DNA of 64,000 nucleotides, taken from NCBI RefSeq assembly GCF_964355755.1, contig NC_092675.1, positions 31,282,912 to 31,346,911 of the forward strand. The letters are read 5' to 3'. Of this stretch, positions 1 to 12,000 are shown one piece after another. The notes beneath the pieces are model-generated. The model was not told where the DNA came from. It saw only the letters and a list, made by a program, of their open reading frames with translations, and did no database searches. Numbering within the stretch: position 1 is the first letter of the stretch; every line of letters starts with the position of its first letter. The translations under genes and the position numbers were made by a program. This DNA comes from Antedon mediterranea (taxonomy: Eukaryota > Animalia > Echinodermata).

Positions 1-1729
1 CTAGTTTGACAAAAACAGTGTGATGTACCCAAATATGTTGGCAATATGCCCAAATATGGTAGTGATACATCATCATCATCATGTTTATATATGGTAGTGA
101 TACATCATCATCATCATGTCCATATATGGTAGTGATACATCATCATCATCATGTCTATATATGGTAGTGATACATCATCATCATCATGTCCATATATGGT
201 AGTGATACATCATCATCATCATGTCCATATATGGTAGTGATACATCATCATCACCATGTCCATATATGGTAGTGATACATCATCATCACCATGTCCATAT
301 ATGGTAGTGATACATCATCATCATCATGTCCATATATGGTAGTGATACATCATCATCATCATGTCCATATATGGTAGTGATACATCATCATCACCATGTC
401 CATATATGGTAGTGATACATCATCATCATCATGTCCATATATGGTAGTGATACATCATCATCATCATGTCCAAATATGGTAGTGATACATCATCATCATC
501 ATGTCCAAATATGGTAGTGATACATCATCATCATCATGTCCATATATGGTAGTGATACATCATCATCATCATGTCCATATATGGTAGTGATACATCATCA
601 TCATCATGTCCATATATGGTAGTGATACATCATCATCACCATGTCCATATATGGTAGTGATACATCATCATCATCATGTCCATATATGGTAGTGATACAT
701 CATCATCATCATGTCCATATATGGTAGTGATACATCATCATCATCATGTCCATATATGGTAGTGATACATCATCATCATCATGTCCATATATGGTAGTGA
801 TACATCATCATCATCATGTCCATATATGGTAGTGATACATCATCATCATCATGTCTATATATGGTAGTGATACATCATCATCATCATGTCTATATATGGT
901 AGTGATACATCATCATCATCATGTCCATATATGGTAGTGATACATCATCATCATCATGTCCATATATGGTAGTGATACATCATCATCATCATGTCCATAT
1001 ATGGTAGTGATACATCATCATCATCATGTCCATATATGGTAGTGATACATCATCATCATCATGTCCATATATGGTAGTGATACATCATCATCATCATGTC
1101 CATATATGGTAGTGATACATCATCATCATCATGTCCATATATGGTAGTGATACATCATCATCATCATGTCCATATATGGTAGTGATACATCATCATCATC
1201 ATGTCCATATATGGTAGTGATACATCATCATCATCATGTCCAAATATGGTAGTGATACATCATCATCATCATGTCCATATATGGTAGTGATACATCATCA
1301 TCATCATGTCCATATATGGTAGTGATACATCATCATCATCATGTCCATATATGGTAGTGATACATCATCATCATCATGTCCATATATGGTAGTGATACAT
1401 CATCATCATCATGTCCATATATGGTAGTGATACATCATCATCATCATGTCCATATATGGTAGTGATACATCATCATCATCATGTCCATATATGGTAGTGA
1501 TACATCATCATCATCATGTCCATATATGGTAGTGATACATCATCATCATCATGTCCATATATGGTAGTGATACATCATCATCATCATGTCCATATATGGT
1601 AGTGATACATCATCATCATCATGTCCATATATGGTAGTGATACATCATCATCATCATGTCCATATATGGTAGTGATACATCATCATATTTGGGCAAATCA
1701 CATTTTTTTTGATAGTGTAGAAAGAGCTT
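1..1729. mobile_element. Probable MITE whose interior expanded into the 35-bp array (left end cut by the window edge)
   Basis: Left flank aaaaacagtgtgatgtacccaaatatg is an imperfect inverted repeat of right flank catatttgggcaaatcacattttttt. Confidence 0.55.
51..1686. repeat. 35-bp minisatellite (catatatggtagtgatacatcatcatcatcatgtc), ~46-47 near-identical copies
   Basis: 35-nt period read directly; rare single-base variants. Confidence 0.97.
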
Positions 1730-2935
1730 TATACTTTACATGTTAAAATGATTTCACTTCTTAAGTTTTTTAGATAAGATAACGTAAATTCACTATTCAA
1801 ATCTTAAATTATTGAAGGATAGATGTCTTTTTGATAGATTAATAAATATGGACGTTTTTACTTAGTCTTTCCCAACATAATATTGATATTATGATCCATA
1901 CATTTAACTTAAATTGAATACGATTGCCTGCTACAAAATGACTCCTCCCAATAATTAGTCATCGAATCTATAAATATACAAGATATTCGATTTTGTTTTT
2001 TTAGAAACTATAAAGGTATACATTTTATTTTTATTCTGTGGTACAATCTGTGTAGTCATAGAGCAGCGATAAGTACTAGGTCGTAGGTCAAGGTCATATA
2101 AATAGACACCAACACCAGTGCTTAATTTATATCACCATCCTTCATAGTTCAGTGCACATGGTTCCACATCATTGCACATTTGGCTGTTCAGATAAATGAA
2201 CATACCCAAACTTGGTGCATTATTAATATGGTGTATGAACCACAAAAGACTATTTTTAAATTTAAACCTCTTTTTGACTAATAGTTAGGTGATTAGAATG
2301 TACTATTATTAGTAGTATTTTTGACTGTTATGAATATTTATTCATTTATTGTGATATCTTTCTTTTTCATTTTCTAGTGTTTACCATTTGCATTATCATT
2401 TCTTTTATATCATATGATATATAAGGGTCCCCACCCGATGGTGATTTAGTTCACCTTTTGGGGTGCCCTGCCTCATGTTCTGGCTGTTATGTATTATGTT
2501 TGTGTATTTTATTGTTTTGAGACGAATGTTTATTTTTGAATTATTATAATTACAACTGAAACACATAAATTATATAAATGACTCCGGTAAAAAATAGACC
2601 ACCTTGACCTATTACACCAGCTGAAAAAACATTACTACGCAAAAAGGTCGTTTGAAATCATCATGTTTTGTTGTTTGAATATAAATGTTCAAGTATAAAG
2701 AAGAAACAATATTGTAATGCACAATACCGATCTAATAGGATTTGATGACATACCGCCCTCTATCATCATTCTAAGAAGCCAATTCATTAGATGATAAATG
2801 CTGGAGGGGCTTATTAGCGTAATGTAGCTTGTCTGTCCCACAGTTGAGCGGTAAGTCAATAGGCTTATTAGCGTAATGTTACTTGTGCATCCCATAGTTC
2901 ATTAGTAATAACGTTATATTGGTCATTTTTTGCAG

Positions 2936-3001
2936 GTTCTTCACAATCACTTCTCTCCTCTTGTACTTCAGAGTCAGATGTGGAGCCTGAAAAAAACTCA
3001 G
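2936..3001 (+). CDS. DLG5: Probable upstream DLG5 coding exon (66 nt, phase 1-1; SSQSLLSSCTSESDVEPEKNS)
   Basis: Acceptor tttttgcag, donor G|gtgagt, open frame, phase matches the 15843 exon. Confidence 0.6.
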
Positions 3002-6000
3002 GTGAGTTACTACACTTCAATATTATTTTAGTATAAATTAATTATGAAATTGTCTTAGTCCTGAGATAATATCTATTGGTAAATTATCAAATTTATTGTT
3101 TATAATAATGCAGATGTTAAAATATATATAAATAAATATATAAAAAGTTCATTCTTTTTACTATTTGCTTGGAAAGACTATATAATTTTAAAACATCATA
3201 CTTTATTTAAACAATCATACCAGATTAAAATACTAATTTTTTATTTCATTTTAATACTTGTGCATATAATATTCTCAATGATCAGAAGTAAAAATGAATA
3301 TCACATTTATCCATAATAGTACTGTTAAGAAAAGAATTTACATATTTCTAATATGTATGCAAAATAGTTGAAAGTTGTATCTTGCATTCTGATGATATTT
3401 AGTTTACCTGAAATGTTGTAATGAAATATCAAACTAAGCATACAGTAATAGTGTGGACTGAGTCCACCAGGTTATTAGAATCATTGTAAGTCAGTACTTA
3501 ACTAGATATTCTTAATGTTATTGACTGATTCATTAAAAGCTCTCTTGAGATTATTATCTAGCTACCTATTGAATATTCATAAACAATTCCTTGTTTTGTA
3601 GTATTTCAATTTGGCATAACATTATTATGAATATGAACTGAATATATACAATTGTACAAGAAGCTGCTAGTTTGGTTTACGAAAAGAGTGTGAAACAAAT
3701 AAATTATAATTTGATTTAATTTGATTTAATTTGATTTATTGAAAACTAGATAGAATACAGTAATTGTGTAATGCTGTTGACCGTCCTTAATTTTTTTCAT
3801 TTTTTGACCTTCCTTCATTTTTTGACCGTCCTTCATTTTCTTTTAATTTGGTATATGGGTATAATTAGTATAATTGTTTAATAAATAATATATAATGGTT
3901 TAATAACTAAGTTTTAAATATGGTAGATTTAATTTAATCAACAGTAAAGTTTCTTTATTATTATTTACAAATTTACTAGTAACTTTGTCAATATCCATGT
4001 GTTTTATTCATCATTACACTCAGTCACTATTTAAGCTGAAATAGATTGCTTTCAGTCTCTTGTGTTCTTTAGTTAGTAGTTTCAATCATTAGGGTGTCAT
4101 CTTTTGAGAATTGAAAATTAAAAAATATTGATAACAAAATAAGAAAGAAAATAAAATAATAATATACCACATTTCTAGCGCCCTTTTCATGAATAATCAT
4201 GCTGAAATAAATAAATAAATCAGTATTCTGTTGAAAACATGCTTATGACTTAATCTATTTTTCTTTAGTAAAACTGGGCAGTGTTGTATGTTGATATTAC
4301 TCATGCCTACAGGTCTTTCTGTTGACCCAATCAACCATCCTTCTTTTTCATTGTATTATTTGAACCCTTCAATCTTTGATATCAAATCAACACTGCCCTC
4401 TATAATTTATCAATAAACTTTATGTTATTAAAGTAAAATGTTGCCCTCTTTAGTTTAGTTTTCAAGGAGTGGTCTGTTTGATCAGAATGATTCATATCAC
4501 ATAATCTAGCATCAATCAATTTGATATTTAATATCTATTATTGATAGCTAATAATTGAAATTCAAAATCAAAGTTTGGCTAATTAATTTTCTCTGAAAAC
4601 GTTAAATTAGAAATCAAAATTATCTCTTTCAATGAAACTGTTTTTAAGATTCTTAATCCAAGTCGTTTCAATGATAAATAGTATGGTTTTCATCTATAGC
4701 AACTTGTATGATTCTAGTTTCCTTTGTAATGCATTATATTGATAAACATCATGTTAAAATGCAAAATGTTGCATTGCTGTAAAAGATGGAGGTTATTCCG
4801 TGTACAGGCGTGATGGTAGTTGTAAGCTACTACAGTACTAGTAGTAGAGCAGTTAGTGCCATAAAAATAGCCAAGTTGTGCACTTTATTACCAAAGCATG
4901 AAACTTGCCACAAAGTTTCTTTGATGTATATAGATTAAAAATATCGGGGGGTGCCAAGTGTCCAACGTCCGGTATGGCGGCCATCTTGATTTCAAAATGG
5001 CCACCATAAAAACAAAAAGTCTTCATATCTTGGCAACTATAAACAGTAGAGACTTGATTCTGGTGTTAAATTGTTCACAAACCACATATTTCTATTTGCT
5101 CTAATGAAAAGTTTCGTCAAAAAATGACCGGAAATGACGTTTCTCCCAGTTTGACCTTTGACCTCTTATCTGTATATCTCAGTAACTACTGATCATTTTC
5201 AATCGATTTTGGTGTCATTTTGTTCAGAATAGAGACATTTATATTTGTAGTAATGAAACATTTTCACATAAAATGACTGGAAATACAATTTATAACCTTT
5301 GACATATATAATATGTGAACATACTGTATGTGGTTTACATTGGTATAAATGCACCTAATTTTTTTTTTAACGAAATAAATGACACTGCAAAAATGAGCAG
5401 GAATTATTATTCTGAATTTTTGACTTTTGATGTGATAGGATAGGCGTAAAGTATGACAGATCACTGAGAAACAGCAATCACTGAGCTCAACTATGCCGAC
5501 TTGTTTGCTAAACTGTGATGTGTCAATCGTTAGATAAAAGTTTTGGTCCTCTCTCCATCATCTTTTTTTTTTGCAATGTATTATACCATATGGACAATTG
5601 TCTGAAATAAAAGTTGAATTGAATTGTTAGATGCCATTTGGAAATATTTTTGATGTAAAGTAGCATTCTTTCGTTGGCCTCTTTGATGTTGCATATGAGA
5701 CAAGTTCGGAAAGTTTTCATTTTCATGAGTTAAGAGAATACCGTCTTTCAAACTTACTACAAACTTATCCTGCATTTGTGCAGTAGACCTACTTTCATTA
5801 GTCAGAAACTCAGATAATTCTTGTTCATTTTCGTTGCATCTAAAAAAATGTACTCCATTTTTATGGTAATGGGCCTTTGCTGTAAACCATCTGTATCCTT
5901 TTCCTCGATTTTCTCTACTCATTGATTTTTTAGCAAAATCCGAACCAAATCAATTCGTAAAAGACATCTCAATATAATTATTCAAGTAATTCTCAAATTA

Positions 6001-9000
6001 GTGACATGGACCTACAATATACTGTTCTGTACAAGACCTTTTTAGGCATCCACTTGTGAACTTTCACTTTGAAGGTCTTGGTCTCCTAATCATACAAGAA
6101 ACAATGTCTGATTTAATCAATCAAAGTAGTGGGTCCAGACAAAGAAGGGGATGTAAGACCATCCACAGACAAAGAAGGGGGTATAAGACCATCACAGACA
6201 AAGAAGGGGGTATAAGACCATCCACAGACAAAGAAGGGGGTATAAGACTATCCACAGACAAAGAAGGGGTGTAAGACCATCCACAGACAAAGAAGGGGGT
6301 GTAAGACCATCCACAGACAAAGAAGGGGGTATAAGACCATCCATACACAAAGAAAGGGGTGTAAGGCCATCTACAGACAAAGAAGGGGGTGTAGGACCAT
6401 CCACAGACAAAGAAGGGGGTGTAAGACCATCTACAGACAAAGAAGAAAGGGGTGTAGGACCGTCCACAGACAAAGAAAGGGGTGTAAGGCCATCCACAGA
6501 GAAAGAAGGGGTGTAAGACCATCCACAGACAAAGAAGGGGTGTAAGACCATCCACACAGAAAGAAAGGGGTGTAAGACCATCCACACACAAAAAAAGGGG
6601 TGTAATACCATCAACAGACAAAGAAAGGGGTGTAATACCGTCCACAGACAAAGAAGGGGGTGTAGGACCGTCCACAGACAAAGAAGGGGGTGTAAGACCA
6701 CCCACTGACAAAGAAAGGGTATAGGACCACTTACAGACAAAGAAGGGGGTATAAGACCATCCACAGACAAAGAAGGTGATGTAGGACCATCCACAGACAA
6801 AGAAGGGGGTGTCGGACAATCCACAGACAAAGAAGGGGATGTAAGACCACCCACAGACAAAGAAGGGGGTGTAAGACCATCCACACACAAAAAAGGGATT
6901 ATAAGACCATCTACAGACAAAGAAGGGGGTATAAGACCATCCACAGACAAAGAAGGGGGTATAAGACCATCTACAGAGAAAGAAGGAGGTGTAAGACCAT
7001 CCACAGACAAAGAAGGGGTGTAAGACCATCTACAAACAAAGAAAGGGGTGTAATACCATCAACAGACAAAGAAAGGGGTTTAATACCATCAACAGACAAA
7101 AAAGGGGGTATAAGACCGTCCACAGACAAAGAAAGGGGTTCACGACCATCCACAGACAAAGAAGGGGGTATAAGACCATCCATAGACAACGAAGGGGGTG
7201 TAGGACTATCCACAGACAAAGAAGGGGGTGTAGGACCATCCACATACAAAGAAGGGAGTGTAGGACCATCCACAGACAAAGAAGGGGTGTAAGACCATCT
7301 ACATACAAAGAAAGGGGTGTAAGATCATCCACAGACAAAGAAGCGGGTATAAGACCATCCACAGACAAAGAAGGGGGGTATAAGACCATCCACAGACAAA
7401 GAAGCGGGTATAAGACCATCCACAGACAAAGAAGCGGGTATAAGACTATCCACAGACAAGGAAGGGGGGTATAAGACCATCCACAGACAAAGAATGGGGT
7501 ATAAGACCATCTACAGACAAAGAAGGAGGGGTAGGACCATATTACCGAGGAAGCATAGGCCTACAAAAAGAAGATGCAATCAAAATAGGCCTACCAGCCA
7601 CTTGGAAAACAATAAATTGTAGAATAACTGAGGCTTGATTGTTGAAATATAAAGGGTTCTTTGTAAGGTCATTAATAATATATTGATATAAACACGATCA
7701 TCATACTATTCATTTGACATTCAAATACAGTCTATCTCGAAAAGAAGCTCATACTATCACCTTTTCGAGGTTTGACGGTATTCCATAACATGTATGTTAT
7801 TTCCTCTGTCAAACTATTAAAACTTTTAGCGAATCAGAAGGTGCCAACATCGTTGAACTAATAATGGTACCACCAAGCACAATATTTACCAATTCTATGT
7901 ACAATATACAATTTAAGTACATTAATCATTTAATATAATTACGCCTATCAGGTCAAAGTTCAAAATTAGGTGCATTTAAGACCACCAAAAACCACATACA
8001 GTATATTCACATAATTAAAAATCAATAATTAAATGTCAAAAGTCATAAATTGTATTTCTGGTCATTTTATGTAAAAATGTTTCATTACTACAAATATAAA
8101 TGTATTTATTCTGAACAAAATGACACCAAAATCGATTGAAAATGACCAGTAGTTACAGAGATATACAAATACGAGGTCAAAGGTCAAACTGAAAGAAACG
8201 TCATTTCCGGTCATTTTTGGACGAAAATTTTCATTAGAGTAAATAGAAATATATAGTTTGTGAACAATTTGAGACCAGAATTAAGTCTCTAATGGGTATA
8301 GTTGCCAAGATATGAACATTTTTTGTTTTTATGGTGGCCATTTTGAAATCAAGATGGCCGCCATACCGGACGTTGGACACTTGGCACCCCCCGATATTTT
8401 GAATTTATATACATTATAGAAACTTTGTGCCAAGTTTCATGCTTTGGTAATAAAATGCACAGCTCATGTCATTAACTGCTCTACTATAGGTAATGTCAAG
8501 TTTGGATAAAGTCCAAATGAGAGATTATTATATTAATCAGAATTACTCATTAGAAGGTGTGGTTCAGGGTCTAGGAACTATAGTGTTCAAACTCTTGTCA
8601 AGGATGTTGAACTGCAAATTAATTAAATTTCAAATTAAAGAATTTCTGCTTTTAACTAATAAGTACAGAAATTTAAATATCAGAACATAAGACCATTAAT
8701 TTATTGTATTTATGTTTATTATATTTAAAGTTATTGGAATTGGTTTTAGAAAGTATTTATTGTAAAATATAAATTATTCATGACATTCGTATTCATTAAA
8801 ATACCATACTAATGGTGTTCATGTTCCCTTGACTGGTTTTTACCAGCAAGATTTACCAACATTAAATACAGTAGCTACTGTACAACCGGTATTAAAAATT
8901 ATGTACAGGAAATGTAAACGATGTAAATAAATAAAACATAAAGAAACATTTGTATAGTACTGTAGTACTGTAGGCTAGGCCTAGCTATTAATTGAATAAA

Positions 9001-12000
9001 ATACAATAGCAATCAGATTAGTATAGATTGATAAAGTAAAATATATATTTAGTTGACAGTGATGCTATATCAAATTCAATATCAGTGTATAGTTCCACCC
9101 TTCCACCAAGTTTTTAACATTTTGTATCTACAGTAAGCTCCCTGGGACTATACCTGGTCATGTACAGTAATTTAAAGTACTAGTAGTAGGGCAAGTAGGT
9201 AATGTGTTGAAACATTATCTTGCTAGGACTAATAGCCTTTAACATAGACTGTGAGGTGGTAACCAAACCATCATCATTGACTCATCTTTGCCCTATAGCA
9301 TTAATTATTATTATTGATTTTTACTATCTAAGCACCTGCGTTAATCATCTCCCATTGGATGTTGCTGCATTAGCAAGTTTAGCATTACAGATAAGCTGGG
9401 GGATAAGAGACTTACAGAATGATTAAAAGAGTTTTCCCAGAAGAAAACAAAATTAGAAGTTTTCCATAACGAGTAAATTTAATGAGAATGGATAAATTAA
9501 TGCCGTCAACATTTTTTCTTATGGCGACTGAATTATTGAGGAGTTTGTGATTTGATGAATTATGAAAAGCCAAGTAATACATTTAATTATTGAAGCATTT
9601 TATAACTGCTTAAGAATTATGAGACTTACTTCGATTAATGGCATTTGAACATTTGTTTGTGGAAAATTTAATTGAAGTTTTCTGTAGTATTTGGTAATGC
9701 TGGCAAAAATGTTCACTGATACAGTAGTCTATCATTGAGACTAATTGTAAAATATTTAATAAAATCTCATTTTTATCGATTAGTAGTATTTTCATACTAC
9801 CCACCTTTCTTTTCTTCAAAATATATAAATGCTGTGCAGTGTAAACTTTTTGTAAATAATGGCATCATCAAGCAAAGATACAAGCAGAAAAATTGTCTGC
9901 TTTACTTTTATCATCATAATGGCATCATCAAGCAAAGATACAAGCAGAAAAATTGTCTGCTTTACTTTTATCATCATAATGGCATCATCAAGCAAAGATA
10001 CAAGCAGAAAAATTGTCTGCTTTACTTTTATCATCATAATGGCATCATCAAGCAAAGATACAAGCATTGTCTGCTTTACTTTTATCATCATAATGGCATC
10101 ATCAAGCAAAGATACAAGCATTGTCTGCTTTACTTTTATCATCATAATGGCATCATCAAGCAAAGATACAAGCATTGTCTGCTTTACTTTTATCATCATA
10201 ATGGCATCATCAAGCAAAGATACAAGCATTGTCTGCTTTACTTTTATCTGTAATTTGAAAAAAATAAACATTTCAATATTAACTCCTAAGTTCATAAAAC
10301 ATTCTCTCAAAATTCTGCAGTGATTTCCTTCTGCTTGCTATTAATTTGGTCAATAATATTCAATTTCATTTAAATTAATTCAATTTGTTTTTGTTGTTTC
10401 TAATAATTAAATAATGTAATGGATGCTACTGATCCGTTTTATAATTGTTCAATAGACGGATGATTTTAATTCATTTATTAAGCATTGTGAACTTATTCCA
10501 TGTCTCTGTCAGTTTCCATAGAATGTCTAGCCTGGGTCAATAGGTCCAAAAGTGTGACATTAAGTACAGAGACTCAATTTATTCTATGTTTCGATCAGTT
10601 TCTATAGAAGGTCTAGCCTTATTCCAATAGGTAAAAAAAGTAGGTTGTGATTTTGTGGAAGTTTCCATAAAATGGCTTTTTCAAAAGGAATAATACAAAA
10701 TAAATGATGGCATTTTATTGTGAATTGTTTTTACATTGACTAATGATTGAAATGAATTGCATTTTCAGAATTGATCATTATCAATCATCATTCCATATAT
10801 CTTATTCTACATTTCCATTTACAGTTGTTATAGTGTAATAAATAATATCAATGGTTTCCTTATAACCATTAGGTGCAGCTCGTATTTCTTGTATTATTTC
10901 TCTGTTATTCTTGTTCACATTAACGATAATGACTTTATTCCATGCAAAGAACCATTTAAGATTGATTGAAATTGGAAGGAGGACATAGCAAAAAATGAAT
11001 AATAAAGTTACTGAAATATAATAATTAATCGTTAAACAACGTAAAGATAATACATTCTTCAAAAATTAACAATAAAACATCTTTGATTTTCACACAGATA
11101 TTTTTTATTTTTGATGATTATTTTCATTCGAATTTGAAATTTCACACTATGCAAGATAAAATTGGATTTATGTTTGCCAGGAGTAGCTAAAGAATTAAAT
11201 TGGGAGGGAAGGGTGTGGGAACTGTAGGTAGGTTACTGTACATGGTTTTATTTAATTACTAGATTGTTAACTAGGCGTCAATGAAGTTCAGGTGATAAAG
11301 AAGGATTGTAAAAATAATAATTAGAAATTTAAAAAAACAACATAAATCAGAATACATTTTTAAATAAAATAACTTTATTTTTAATGGAAAAAATTTGTGA
11401 TTATTTGTTTACGTGACTAGCTTAAACCTAGATAAACTGACATTGACCTTTTCCCCTTTGAGGGGAGAACATATCGAAAAGTAAAAATAATCTTAATATT
11501 CCCCTCCAAGTCAGTGGTATCGTCCATGCCGTCAGGTGGAAAGCAACCCCTATACATACCTCACCATTCCATGAGACGGCAAAACGTTTACATGTATTGC
11601 CGTATTTGTATTACGTTGATGCATTCTATGTGTGTACAAACACAGACATAGTTGCTTATTGGATAGTCATTCATTATATGGAATGCTTTTAGAATTTATT
11701 TTTTATTATCAACATCCTGGAACTTAAACTGTGAAGTTATTAAAGATTTTATGAATATTTAATTTATGTTAAGAGCTTAATAATCTGTGACATTTATTGT
11801 GACAATCCATCTTGCTAACTGCTAGACTACTTTCAACAGAATCTTGTTGCTGTGATATTGTTTAATTTATTGAATACTCGCATCTGCACTAATTGATCAG
11901 TGTTTGAATAGCTACAACTTGACTAATATTAAATATTGATTTCCCCCCCCCCCCCCCTATTTCCAATGGTACAAACCACTATGGATTCGCTGAGGTATAT

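Larger units (their letters stand above)
4842..8486 (-). mobile_element. Decayed DNA transposon with ~450-520-bp TIRs, Academ-like
   Basis: TIRs 4842-~5365 and ~7965-8486 (tagtagagcagtta...taactgctctacta; shared core ggtgccaagtgtccaacgtccggtatggcggccatcttgatttcaaaatggcc), 3-bp TSD TAG; frameshifted minus-strand protein remnant inside. Confidence 0.8.

Noticed and set aside
51-1686. CRISPR-like array or poly-His coding repeat
   Set aside because: Units are contiguous with no unique spacers, the 35-bp period gives stops, and the context is eukaryotic with no cas genes.
6056-7510. Long ORFs (302, 272, 129, 102 aa) over the 30-bp array
   Set aside because: Open in several frames at once with repetitive translation and frequent 1-nt indels; a minisatellite artefact.
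9735-10323. Three overlapping 154-172-aa ORFs
   Set aside because: Products of 60/54-bp stop-free repeat units.
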